The position numbers and the translations under genes are program-made. This document shows positions 18,421 through 28,259 of a stretch of 64,000 bases of DNA, piece after piece (the stretch's first letter is position 1; every line of letters starts with the position of its first letter). Under the pieces are notes generated by a model. That model was not told the DNA's origin. It worked only from the letters and a program-made list of their open reading frames with translations, and ran no database searches. The DNA lies in the IMG/VR virus record IMGVR_UViG_3300023174_000042, positions 62,001 through 126,000 of that record. One strand, written 5' to 3'.

Positions 18421-21400
18421 TCTTCTACTGTTGCAACATAAAGTTTATAAAATCTATCAACGGCAGTTTTTCCGTTGTTTAATCCGAAGTAAAAGTGGTA
18501 TGGAGCACCAACTATAACCGCTTGATTCGGATTGCCAGTAGGTTGTCCTTGTATTATTGTATTCATTGGTGGTTGTGGGTTGGGATTTCCATTAATATCA
18601 TAATTTGTAATATACCCTAATTTGGTGGTTGATGTAATATATTTTTCACTTAAGGTTGTAAAATCCAAATCTTGATATTTTTTCTTGAAAAATCCTCCTG
18701 AACTGATTGTATTTGTATACCAATTATTATCTTCTGTTCCAAAAATGTTTGATGATGGATTACTTTGTTTTAACGACCATTTATAATTTGGGACAACTTG
18801 AGACTTTGTGTAACCAAATTTTTCTTCAATCAAAGGGGTAAAATTATAGGTTTCAATTCCTGGAGATTCTATTTTTCGATATCTTAAATTAGTTGTTGGT
18901 GTTTGGAAAAATAATCCCATAACAGGTTTAAGTTGATTTCCTGATGCTCCGTTATCTCCAAAATAGATGTAATTGGCCGCTGGAACATTTTCTGTTATAA
19001 AAGGTAAAACTTTCCATTCTGAATTTATCGACAGCATTTGGGCCCAATCCCCGTCAATTCTATATCCCCCTCTTGTGCTGTTGAAAAATTGAACTATCCC
19101 TTTTCCTTCGCTTGAATTTCCTCCATTTGTGATTGGTATCATTCTCTGTCTAACACCATCGTTAAGTATTCGTGATAAAAACCCAAGTTGTATAATATCA
19201 GAGTTGTCTTGATATGAAGTTGCTTTTAGTTGATCGGCGTAGTATGATCCAAAACCATCCACACCACCAGTACAACAAACTTCATTTATAAAATAATCTC
19301 TAGGTCCTAAATCAACAACCGTTGTTGGAAATTGTATTTGTTTTTCGTTATATCCAAATCCAGGGAATTTAGCCAAGGAACTTTGTGAATTGTAACTTGG
19401 CGAATCTTTTCCAATAAACTCTTGAGTTGTATTATTCCAAGGTGATGATCTATAATAAAAATTGTTTGTTAGTTCATTAAAAACAATAACATTTTCACAA
19501 TAATTATAATTAGGTTTGGTTGGGTTTAGACCAAAAGTTGTGGTTTTATTAAAGTTAAACATATACAAAACACCATTTATCCAATTGTTTTGAAACACCT
19601 GAGCAAAAACACCTCTACAGGCAGCAAAATTCATTGTAAATCTAACTTTCCATTCTAAAAACAATCTAGCGTCTTCACCATACTCTTTTAAGTATGTTTT
19701 ATTCAATAAACAGTAACATCCATTAATCATTCTGTTTTCAGGAACAGAACATTGACCTGAAGGAACAACGCCAACATTACTTCCTGATCCAGTATAACAA
19801 GCCAAAGGAACCATACCCTCACAAGTAAGAGTTTCTGTAAGTCCAGAAGTTATTGAATCATTATCTTGATGTTCGCCAGTTGCTAAATCACCACCTGCGG
19901 TTACTACAGGTTCAGTTTGTGTTCCGTTTACGATATAAAAAGCAAAATTGTCATTTTGGTGTAAAGCATAACCTGTTTGTGTTCCTGATGGTCCATTTTC
20001 GATACCTGTAGAAGTTGGAAGTCTATCTGACCTCATCACAACACGGTTGCTGTTTGCCACAGGAAATGAAATTGGGGATAAATTTTGTCTGTAATATGCA
20101 GGAGAATAAAGTGCCGATAAATTACCCATGTTGTTAATTCCTGTATAAAAAGTAGAACTAGTGTCAAAATATTCGCCTATCTGACAATTAGAATTACAAG
20201 GTGGGTTACTATTACTATTTCCTGTTTGCATGTAAATACTTGTAGTATTAAAATCATTAACCCACCTTAAATAAGTTCCACCAACAGTGTAATTTGATAA
20301 AGGGGGTAGTGTTGGTATGTTGAATCCGTTTGGAATGGTTTGTTGTAATAAAGTTGTGCTTTGTTGATTTGTTTTCCATTGACCTGGATATGGTGAATAT
20401 CCATTAGACACTGAAGTGTCGTCGGTGCTCAAATAATAGTATGGTAAGTTTGAAGTAAATGCAGTGTATTGTGTTGGGTCAGGTGTAAAAGTAAATGATG
20501 GAAAATATAACGTTTGATTTCCATTATTTACGGTATTATGTGTTGTCGGTTTTAATGATGTGTTTAATCCTTGTATTGGAATGTTTAAATAATAATCTCC
20601 TTGTATTATAAAATTTCCATATGATGTTCCAAATATTTTAGACACGTCATATGAAATTGTTTGTTTTGCGGTGAACGGATCTACCCCTCTGACAAAGATA
20701 CAAATTTCGTAAGTTTGATATCCTTGCATTGATTGGATTATATTATAAAGAGAATTACTTGCTCCACAAGGGGCGGTATAATTTATATCATGATACAAAT
20801 ATTCGTCAGGGAAGAAACCTGCGGTAAAACTTGCCTGATTAACAAAATCCGTATAAGTTATTCCTGTAATTAATTGAAAGTATTCAATATCTGTTGGGTA
20901 TTGAAGGTATGACTGCTCAACTTGGGGATTACCTATTACAGGTTTTTGACTCACTTGTGGTGAATTAAGGACGATCGTAGCAGGCAATGAACCTGAAGGA
21001 TTGTTAGGATTTGCATAATTGATTGATATAGATGTTTGACCTGTTAATGTTGTTCCTGTTATTGAGTTATTTTGAAATTGGTTTGTTGTTGCTCCAGTCA
21101 AATTTACCATTCTTAAAGAAGATCCTGAATCCATATAATTTGGATTTTGGAATGTTACAATGTTTCCAACTCCTAAAGATGATGTAGATCCTGCATTCAT
21201 CAGAACTACAACAACCTGATCTTCAAATGGTGTTGATCCTGATGTTGGGTTTACTAACGTTTTTATCCTATTTACACCAGTTCCATATGCTGAAGTTGTA
21301 TTACTTTTAAAGTATTTGTCTCTTGTGTTAAATTCATTTAATTTTTGTGAAAAGGTTACAGAAGTAGGATAAGCAAAATATCTATCATCTTTACCTGCGT

Positions 21401-23975
21401 TTTTGGCGGCCGTAAACAAAAATGGTTGTGGTGCTTTTAATAAGTAAGCTTCGTTTGGTATATACTTGTTTGGGTCTGTAGAACTTAAAACATCATATCC
21501 TGATGCAATTCTTTTAAAATCTAAAGAGGCCCTAACGGCAACATCAGTAGTAATGTCAGGATTATTGGAGCCAAGTAACGTTGTTAACGATTTACATGGA
21601 GGATAAGGATCGTTGCCGGCAGAGTCATTATTGAAATTTGGGTGGTCTATTAAATACGATCCAGAAGAGTTTAGAGGTGCAATAATGGTTTGTGATGTTG
21701 CTAAAATTGTATTGTTTGGTCCTGTTGATGATTGTGTTTCGGCGTTAACTTGTGCTTGCACTGAATTAGAATCAAAATTATCGTCTTGTTCTGCATTTTT
21801 ACAATCACAATCGCAACTTGTACAGTCAGGATATGATATCATTGGTAATCCAATTCTTGGGAAACCTTTGACTTTTATAGCCGCAAGGGTGGCAAATGCG
21901 GTAAATGTTGCCGCCAATGCTATTTTGAACGCGGCAATTGCGATTTGTGCAATTCCCCATAATAAATTTCTTATAGTTTCTGCCAATAATCCGGCATTTA
22001 TGACAACACCAAGTCCAGTACTAAGAACACCCGCAGCGTCGTTTATTGCTGCCAATCCTGTTTGGATTGCCTCCAATCCAGACACAACAGCATCATAAGT
22101 TAAATAAATTCCAAGTATTATCAAAACATATTTGAGTACTGGCCACATAAATGAAATTAAGTGAGCAACAAATAAAAGAGTTAATATTGGAAATGTTAAA
22201 ATGTTTATAAGAATATTAAAAACAAAAAATATTGCATCAAAATTTCTTATAATATCATTTACAGGAAAAGTATTTACTGTGGATTTACAAGATCTATTAT
22301 CAATTTCTTTAATCCCCAAATGTCTTGCTCTACCAATACCTTTTTTATAACGATCCAAAAACATGGCAGTGGTGTAAACTTTATTATAATGAAATTCATA
22401 AAATGTGTCTTCACATTTAAGGGCTTCTTGTGTATTGGCATAATCATCCCAATCTGTACTAAACGCATATGATCTTAGCAAATTAAATAATTCTTCTGGA
22501 TATGATGTAAATACGATTGATTGAGATTGTGAAGAATCAATAGGTGTTGCAACAATTTGTATGGTATCTCCAACATTAAAGGGTATTGAATTTATACTTC
22601 CAATATAGAGTTGTCCATTAAGATAAATTGAATATGAACTAACATTGTTTGTTGTCGGTTGTGATAATCCAAAATTCACACCAAAAATATTAGTCGCTGT
22701 TATTCCACTTGTTGATCCGGCCGGTATTGATGGATATGTGTAAGTTCCTGACGATGAGTTTATAAATGGATCGTTTCCTGAATTATATGTGTTGTTCCAT
22801 CCATATTCTTTAACATTAGGAACTAAAAAATTTGCTCTCTGAAAGCTTCCTTGTAATCCTTGTTCGTTTTGCCATTTAAACTTGAACCTATACCTCCCTT
22901 TTGTTGGTATACCTTTTTTTGGATCATTTGATATAACCTGTTGTCCGAATTCGTTTGTATAAACATAGTCCAAATTCATTGGGACGTTAAGTAAATAAGT
23001 TCCGTCAGAATCAATAACTTTCCCTTCTTGTTCAATTTGATATCTTTCTAAGATTGGGAGTCCTTTGTCGTCTGAGTATATTGTATGTCTAATGGCTTGA
23101 ATTTCTCCTGGACCCGCAACTAATTCACATAAATTACCTGTGTTATTTTTTGGTTTACATTTAACCTTTAAGGCGTCGTCATCACTTGTTGAGATGATTG
23201 ATCCCATAAAAATTGCTGTGGGTTGGATGTTGATATTTGCTTGTTTTGTTAAGTCAAAATCAACCCTTGTTATACCAATTTGACAAAGGTCCGCATCTCC
23301 CCAAAAAGGTCTAACATCAACATCAAAAACTAAATTTTTAATTTGGGGTAATTCTCTAAGGTTTGTGGACGATTTAAATCTAGCACCATTTACTTGACTT
23401 TCAGTTGCCAAACCTTGTTGAATTAAATCTTGTGGTGATAATGAAAAACAACCTATATCTGATAAATCAACGTCCATAACAATCGTTTGAGTCCCGATTG
23501 GAACTCCAAAAAACATAAAATCACCACTTTCATTTGTTGTAACGGTGAACCTATAATATTTGTCGTATACCTCAATATACGACCCATCCATCAAAACATC
23601 CGCCTTATTAGGAAATGAACCGGTTGATACGTGACCTTTATATGATGGCAGTTTGGGTAATAAATTATATCTATAACCATCAGCGTTGGTTTCAGTTATC
23701 GTTTTATATGGATATAGTTCTGAAATTACTGGATTTAATTCATCAGCAGCCTCTAATGGTATAAAAACCGATACTTTAGCGTTTGGCAATCCAAATCCTC
23801 CGTTTACAAAAACTCTACCCGTCACAACTCCATAATCAGAACAAAAACGAGTATACACATCGTTTGCCAAAATCTTTAAAGATAATATCTCCAAAGATTC
23901 CCAATCCTGTTCTAAATTAACGTTTATGTATTTGTCTACACCAACTTGGGTTCTTATTCTATATGATTTAGGCAT
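18417..23975 (-). CDS. Very large baseplate-associated protein with carboxypeptidase-regulatory-like domain and an internal hydrophobic (TM-like) segment
   Basis: VVTGRVFVNGGFGLPNAKVSVFIP and TTNESGDFMFFGVPIGTQTIVMD (prealbumin/CarboxypepD_reg-like); ~120-aa hydrophobic stretch at ~21875-22240. Confidence 0.6.
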   Translation of the reverse strand: MPKSYRIRTQVGVDKYINVNLEQDWESLEILSLKILANDVYTRFCSDYGVVTGRVFVNGGFGLPNAKVSVFIPLEAADELNPVISELYPYKTITETNADGYRYNLLPKLPSYKGHVSTGSFPNKADVLMDGSYIEVYDKYYRFTVTTNESGDFMFFGVPIGTQTIVMDVDLSDIGCFSLSPQDLIQQGLATESQVNGARFKSSTNLRELPQIKNLVFDVDVRPFWGDADLCQIGITRVDFDLTKQANINIQPTAIFMGSIISTSDDDALKVKCKPKNNTGNLCELVAGPGEIQAIRHTIYSDDKGLPILERYQIEQEGKVIDSDGTYLLNVPMNLDYVYTNEFGQQVISNDPKKGIPTKGRYRFKFKWQNEQGLQGSFQRANFLVPNVKEYGWNNTYNSGNDPFINSSSGTYTYPSIPAGSTSGITATNIFGVNFGLSQPTTNNVSSYSIYLNGQLYIGSINSIPFNVGDTIQIVATPIDSSQSQSIVFTSYPEELFNLLRSYAFSTDWDDYANTQEALKCEDTFYEFHYNKVYTTAMFLDRYKKGIGRARHLGIKEIDNRSCKSTVNTFPVNDIIRNFDAIFFVFNILINILTFPILTLLFVAHLISFMWPVLKYVLIILGIYLTYDAVVSGLEAIQTGLAAINDAAGVLSTGLGVVINAGLLAETIRNLLWGIAQIAIAAFKIALAATFTAFATLAAIKVKGFPRIGLPMISYPDCTSCDCDCKNAEQDDNFDSNSVQAQVNAETQSSTGPNNTILATSQTIIAPLNSSGSYLIDHPNFNNDSAGNDPYPPCKSLTTLLGSNNPDITTDVAVRASLDFKRIASGYDVLSSTDPNKYIPNEAYLLKAPQPFLFTAAKNAGKDDRYFAYPTSVTFSQKLNEFNTRDKYFKSNTTSAYGTGVNRIKTLVNPTSGSTPFEDQVVVVLMNAGSTSSLGVGNIVTFQNPNYMDSGSSLRMVNLTGATTNQFQNNSITGTTLTGQTSISINYANPNNPSGSLPATIVLNSPQVSQKPVIGNPQVEQSYLQYPTDIEYFQLITGITYTDFVNQASFTAGFFPDEYLYHDINYTAPCGASNSLYNIIQSMQGYQTYEICIFVRGVDPFTAKQTISYDVSKIFGTSYGNFIIQGDYYLNIPIQGLNTSLKPTTHNTVNNGNQTLYFPSFTFTPDPTQYTAFTSNLPYYYLSTDDTSVSNGYSPYPGQWKTNQQSTTLLQQTIPNGFNIPTLPPLSNYTVGGTYLRWVNDFNTTSIYMQTGNSNSNPPCNSNCQIGEYFDTSSTFYTGINNMGNLSALYSPAYYRQNLSPISFPVANSNRVVMRSDRLPTSTGIENGPSGTQTGYALHQNDNFAFYIVNGTQTEPVVTAGGDLATGEHQDNDSITSGLTETLTCEGMVPLACYTGSGSNVGVVPSGQCSVPENRMINGCYCLLNKTYLKEYGEDARLFLEWKVRFTMNFAACRGVFAQVFQNNWINGVLYMFNFNKTTTFGLNPTKPNYNYCENVIVFNELTNNFYYRSSPWNNTTQEFIGKDSPSYNSQSSLAKFPGFGYNEKQIQFPTTVVDLGPRDYFINEVCCTGGVDGFGSYYADQLKATSYQDNSDIIQLGFLSRILNDGVRQRMIPITNGGNSSEGKGIVQFFNSTRGGYRIDGDWAQMLSINSEWKVLPFITENVPAANYIYFGDNGASGNQLKPVMGLFFQTPTTNLRYRKIESPGIETYNFTPLIEEKFGYTKSQVVPNYKWSLKQSNPSSNIFGTEDNNWYTNTISSGGFFKKKYQDLDFTTLSEKYITSTTKLGYITNYDINGNPNPQPPMNTIIQGQPTGNPNQAVIVGAPYHFYFGLNNGKTAVDRFYKLYVATVEE

Positions 23976-24050
23976 TAAAAATCGTTTTTTTCATAAATAG
24001 TTTATTTGCTATTTTGATAAAAATAGTTATAGTTTGAAAAAAATAAATTG

Positions 24051-25892
24051 CTACGAAAAGTTTACCGATCTGAGGTTTAAAACTCTGACATTTATATCTT
24101 TGTTTGGGTATCTAATTTGATATGTTTGTGTAGGTGTTGCAAACAAGGTGTCTGCGGTTGGTTGAATTTGTCTTGTGGCAGGGTCTGCATACGGCATAGA
24201 TGTTTGACTAGATGAATATTGTCCCCCAACTTGATTAAAGAATAAAATATCTGTAATACTTACAATTCCATTTTCTGACTGAATTAATCTTCTGAGTTCA
24301 GAAATATTAACATTTTGACCAAGGTTTCTAACTAGCGGGTTGAAGAAGTCGGTAATAATTTGAATTGTTTTTGAGATAATCGCTCCTTGATTTTGACTAT
24401 TGTCTAAAACAACATCAACTGTTACGGCCAAGTCTATTGTTTCTGCGGCTTCAATAGATATGTAGTCATTTATCATTCGATAGTTTGATAAATAATTTGC
24501 AACATTTTGTTTTAAAGTGTTTGACACAACATTTGTTAAAGTTCCGCTTGAATCATAAGACAACATTTTAATTTTTATCTTGTTGTTTTCTTCAGTTATG
24601 GCAACTTTTGCTGGTGCCCCAAATTGAGAAGGCATTGTTCTAATTAACGAATTGTAATCATTTACTGTTACGGCCCTGTTTTGTGCTGCGAAGTTAAATG
24701 CCACCAAATTTCTAACATCTTCAGTTGTTGGTGGATTTGCCCCACCAATGGCAGCAGTTACATTGTTACATTGTAAACTATTTATTACACTATTGTTTAC
24801 AGTTTGTGATGGTCCATTAACCGCAAATGAAACGGTTCCAATTTGGTTGATTGTATTAATACCTAAATTACTTGATAAACCACCACCAATTCTATATTGA
24901 ACAAATAATGTCGTGTTTGGCGAAAGAGCGGCACCTAAAGCATAATTATTTGTATATCTACTTAAATCAAACCCTTTCCCATCAATTGCAAATTGTCTTA
25001 ATTGTTCATCGGCAGAAATATTTCCCCCACCAAAAGTCATTTTACAAAATCCTTCAGGTGTATATTCAGAAATGAATTTGTTTGATGTTGTAATATATCT
25101 TCCCACTTTAATACCTGGTTGATCTGAAGTTTTGGTTGGGTCTTCAATAAAAACTCTATCTTGAACTAACGCATCAACTTCATACCATCTTTCGGGACCT
25201 AAACTTAAAAAATCTTGTGGGTTTGGAATTGTCGAATATTGTGTTCCAGGTTTTAATAAAACACTTGTAATACCCAAAACATTTTTTTCTGGTAAGAACA
25301 ATTCTAAATAAGGTTTTGAGTCATTTGGTGTAATTACTCTTTTATATACTTTTGTAATACCATTTACAACAACTTCTCTTTTTACGATCGTATAATTTAA
25401 TAATTTACCGCTAGAATCAAAGTTGGGAATTTTTACTCTGTTTGGTGATCCTTCGGCATTAATTGGTGATGCAAAGTCAATATCGTATACGGTTTCAAAC
25501 GGCTGTCCTCCACCATTAACTTGTGAACCCCTTCTTAAAACACCACAATATCTTAAATCTTCTCTATCTCCGAAGGCAGGAACTGTAATTGAAAAATCAA
25601 TTAAGGCAACTGATGGTCTTTGACCAGGAACTTTAAGACCATATGTTCTTGCAATATTATATACAGAATTTTTTTGTTGTGCGAATTGTAATACAGTTTC
25701 TTGTATACTTCGATCAATTTGATAATTTAAATTATCGGTGACCGCAGCATTCAAATCCAACATAACAGAAAAAATACCTGCGTCATTAAAATTTTGGACT
25801 AAGTCAGGATAATAGGCTCGTGTAAAGTTAATCAACTCGGTTCTTACACCTTGAAAGTCCCTTGCAACGTATGATATTTTCTTTTCTGCCAT
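24051..25892 (-). CDS. Baseplate wedge protein, T4 gp6/baseplate J-like
   Basis: ARDFQGVRTELINF...FNDAGIFSVMLDLNA...AQQKNSVYNIARTYG N-domain; GGANPPTTEDVR...AQNRAVTVNDY. Confidence 0.85.
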   Translation of the reverse strand: MAEKKISYVARDFQGVRTELINFTRAYYPDLVQNFNDAGIFSVMLDLNAAVTDNLNYQIDRSIQETVLQFAQQKNSVYNIARTYGLKVPGQRPSVALIDFSITVPAFGDREDLRYCGVLRRGSQVNGGGQPFETVYDIDFASPINAEGSPNRVKIPNFDSSGKLLNYTIVKREVVVNGITKVYKRVITPNDSKPYLELFLPEKNVLGITSVLLKPGTQYSTIPNPQDFLSLGPERWYEVDALVQDRVFIEDPTKTSDQPGIKVGRYITTSNKFISEYTPEGFCKMTFGGGNISADEQLRQFAIDGKGFDLSRYTNNYALGAALSPNTTLFVQYRIGGGLSSNLGINTINQIGTVSFAVNGPSQTVNNSVINSLQCNNVTAAIGGANPPTTEDVRNLVAFNFAAQNRAVTVNDYNSLIRTMPSQFGAPAKVAITEENNKIKIKMLSYDSSGTLTNVVSNTLKQNVANYLSNYRMINDYISIEAAETIDLAVTVDVVLDNSQNQGAIISKTIQIITDFFNPLVRNLGQNVNISELRRLIQSENGIVSITDILFFNQVGGQYSSSQTSMPYADPATRQIQPTADTLFATPTQTYQIRYPNKDINVRVLNLRSVNFS

Positions 25893-25898
25893 ATAATG

Positions 25899-26357
25899 TT
25901 AAATATTGATAATGATAAAATCTTGAGATTCAAAAGCCGAGTCGGTTATTTTATAGTCGATTTTGATTTTTGCGGTGTGCTCTAAAGTTGCTATATTAGT
26001 AACTTTGAACTCTCTTTCACCTTCTTTGTTTATTGTATAACCTTTATCCTCTAAACCTGCGGATGCTGGTTCTACACTTATATTGGTTACCTGTAAATTT
26101 GGCATATAAGTTCCAATGGTGCTTCTTATTTCGGCTTCAATATCTGAAAAAGTTGGTCCATCTAAAGGTTCAAATATAAACTCATAAAGACGAGTTCCAA
26201 AATCAGGTAAAAAATATCTAGATCCCTTTCTTGTTAATAATAAATGAACTAAATTTGCTCTTATTTCTCCCTCAGTTGAATTTGTTACGTCCAAATAACG
26301 ACCTGTAAAAGAGTCAACAAAAGGAAAAGAAATTCCATAAGTAATACCATTTGCCAT
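25899..26357 (-). CDS. Baseplate wedge subunit gp25-like (GPW/gp25)
   Basis: IRANLVHLLLTRKGSRYFLPDFGTRLYEFIFEP is the gp25 signature. Confidence 0.9.
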   Translation of the reverse strand: MANGITYGISFPFVDSFTGRYLDVTNSTEGEIRANLVHLLLTRKGSRYFLPDFGTRLYEFIFEPLDGPTFSDIEAEIRSTIGTYMPNLQVTNISVEPASAGLEDKGYTINKEGEREFKVTNIATLEHTAKIKIDYKITDSAFESQDFIIINI

Positions 26358-26425
26358 ATCACATATAAATATAGGTTAGGTTTTTTTTAAGTAAAAATTA
26401 CAGAAAAACTTTATTTACCTATACT

Positions 26426-26614
26426 TTATATTAGTGCGATAATTTTCCCGTTCAATAGTTTGACGTTACTTTTTTCATATTCAAACTCAACAAATTTTTG
26501 ATTAATTATGTAATCTTTAATATTATCGTTAATTGGATAACAATTCAAACAATCAACCATTGGTGTTGTCGATGATTTATATTTATAATAACCAATTTCA
26601 TAACCCCATATCAT
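26426..26614 (-). CDS. Small hypothetical protein (probable true extent of track ORF 26426-26848)
   Basis: ATG at 26614 overlaps the end of the flavoprotein gene; MIWGYEIGYYKYKSSTTPMVDCLNC...; the upstream 230 nt of the track ORF overlap a clearly real gene. Confidence 0.35.
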   Translation of the reverse strand: MIWGYEIGYYKYKSSTTPMVDCLNCYPINDNIKDYIINQKFVEFEYEKSNVKLLNGKIIALI

Positions 26615-27365
26615 CAATGAATTTTTTGTGGGATTTTTTGTAAGAAGATTTACTTTCGTCATAAGCGTCGGTTGTGTATTGCCAATTCCAATATAGTTTT
26701 TTATTAGGTTTAAATCCATAAAATTTATGAACTTCCATTTGTGTTTTTGTAACATTTTCTCCATTCCAATTTTGTCCAACACAAATAAAACCAGTTTCAA
26801 CATCCTTAACGATATTTTTTTCACCATAAGTGGTGTGTCTATTTTCAATCCAATTTAGTCTTTCTATTAAATTTTGATAGAACATATTTGCCTGTCCCCA
26901 TCTTACTGAACTAAAAAATACCACAGCATCTGATTCAAATAATTCCTTACTTACCTTCCAAAGTTCATCTGTTTTATTATTCAAACTTGCCCAACACCTA
27001 TGATAACCTGATGGATTTTTTTTATCATCTTTGAGTAATGACTTTAATATACCACAACTATTTCCTTCTTTTCTTGAAACATTTCCTTCGCAAGGAAATA
27101 TTTTAAGTTCTGACACGTCCATAAACACAGATTTTTTTCCAAGTTCTTCATTCAAATACATTCCAAGAATCTTAGATTTAGGAACGTCTACATTTTTTGG
27201 ATCCCAATTAAATCTGTTTGAGCAACTTAAAAGTAAAACTTTATCTTTTTTTTGTAGAATGTCTAAAGTTTGTTTTAATTTTTTAGCACCGTCTTCTTGG
27301 ACAAGTTCTTCCAAGAGCATCATTTTTCTGATTTTTTGAATTTCTTCTGAAATTAGGTTTGACAT
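26598..27365 (-). CDS. Flavodoxin-fold NAD(P)H-dependent FMN reductase/iron-sulfur-flavoprotein-like protein with N-terminal I/L-x-E leader
   Basis: VLLLSCSNR (FMN phosphate loop), DVSELKIFPCEG, SDAVVFFSSVRWGQAN...LIERL; leader MSNLISEEIQKIRKMMLLEE. Confidence 0.7.
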   Translation of the reverse strand: MSNLISEEIQKIRKMMLLEELVQEDGAKKLKQTLDILQKKDKVLLLSCSNRFNWDPKNVDVPKSKILGMYLNEELGKKSVFMDVSELKIFPCEGNVSRKEGNSCGILKSLLKDDKKNPSGYHRCWASLNNKTDELWKVSKELFESDAVVFFSSVRWGQANMFYQNLIERLNWIENRHTTYGEKNIVKDVETGFICVGQNWNGENVTKTQMEVHKFYGFKPNKKLYWNWQYTTDAYDESKSSYKKSHKKFIDDMGL

Positions 27366-27405
27366 AAAAATAAATAGTTTGTGTGACTAAAAAAATTATA
27401 AAACG

Positions 27406-27436
27406 AAAAAACCCTCCTTTTTGGGGAGGGTTTTTT
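27406..27436. terminator. Bidirectional-type intrinsic terminator
   Basis: AAAAAACCCTCC/GGAGGGTTTTTT perfect 12-bp inverted repeat with 7-nt loop just after the 27451 stop. Confidence 0.85.
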
Positions 27437-27450
27437 ATTTATTGTCTTAA

Positions 27451-27981
27451 TTAACCTTTATAAGTGTTATCACCATAAGTGTTATCACCCATACGCATTA
27501 CTTTATCTGCTGTAAATTGTCCAAATCTTTTATCATAATCATCTCTCATTCTAGCCTGATCTGAAAAATCATGTGCAACTTCAGATTTTAACATTCTTTC
27601 AATTTTTTGAGGATTGTCTCCTTTGAATAATAAAACTTTTCTTTCTCTAAATCCTTCGTCTCTTGTCATATCAGTAGTATCTATACCCCAATATATTTCA
27701 CCTGTATTGTTGTCACGGTACTCTTTCATAGTAAAGAAGTTACCTTCTTGGTCACCACCAGTTGATTTTTTAACATTACCTGTTGGTGTCATTTTGTTTA
27801 TTAATAATCTATTAGTTACGTAATCATAAGCTTTCTTAACAATAGCTCCACCAAGAGCAAGTCCTCCTAATGTCATCAAAACACCTTCATTGAGGTTTTT
27901 GTTATTTTTTTGCTCCTCATTAATCACTCTTTTAACGATACGAACAAGATCTGATTCAGTTAATTTTATAATTCTTTTCAT
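27451..27981 (-). CDS. Putative capsid-packaged protein with propeptide and hydrophobic helix
   Basis: MKRIIKLTESDLVRIVKRVINE...LNE followed by GVLMTLGGLALGGAIVKK; own TATTTAT motif (28001-28007) and own terminator. Confidence 0.6.
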   Translation of the reverse strand: MKRIIKLTESDLVRIVKRVINEEQKNNKNLNEGVLMTLGGLALGGAIVKKAYDYVTNRLLINKMTPTGNVKKSTGGDQEGNFFTMKEYRDNNTGEIYWGIDTTDMTRDEGFRERKVLLFKGDNPQKIERMLKSEVAHDFSDQARMRDDYDKRFGQFTADKVMRMGDNTYGDNTYKG

Positions 27982-28014
27982 AACTTTTTTTAATTTACTA
28001 ATAAATATATCAAT

Positions 28015-28046
28015 AAAAAAAAAATCACTAATTTCTTAGTGATTTT
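28015..28046 (-). terminator. Intrinsic terminator ending the replication/nrdJ transcript
   Basis: AAAATCACTAA/TTAGTGATTTT stem with TTTC loop plus an A-run giving a U-tract on minus. Confidence 0.75.
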
Positions 28047-28254
28047 CTACAATTTTATTTCCTTTAACATATTTTGGTTCGTATGGACAATTTAAACATT
28101 TTGATCCACAACAAAAACCCCTTTTTATATGATAAGATTTGGTCATAACAATTTTCCCGTTTTCATTTTCGTAAAAATCAGGTTCAGGAGATTTTTTTAG
28201 TGTCTCCTGAACATATAATTGTTGTATCCAATCGTTTGATGCTTTTATTGTCAT
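28036..28254 (-). CDS. DUF5522-like small Cys-rich metal-binding protein
   Basis: DFYENENGKIVMTKSYHIKRGFCCGSKCLNCPYEP matches the recalled DUF5522 pattern HxxRGxCCxxxCxxCPY. Confidence 0.7.
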   Translation of the reverse strand: MTIKASNDWIQQLYVQETLKKSPEPDFYENENGKIVMTKSYHIKRGFCCGSKCLNCPYEPKYVKGNKIVENH

Positions 28255-28259
28255 TTGTA

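Noticed and set aside
21613-22098. 161-aa plus-strand ORF
   Set aside because: Antisense shadow of the Ala-rich hydrophobic segment of the 1852-aa gene; no promoter or recognisable motif
26615-26848. N-terminal part of track ORF 26426-26848
   Set aside because: Overlaps the well-supported flavoprotein gene on the same strand in another frame; only the part from ATG 26614 is kept, at low confidence
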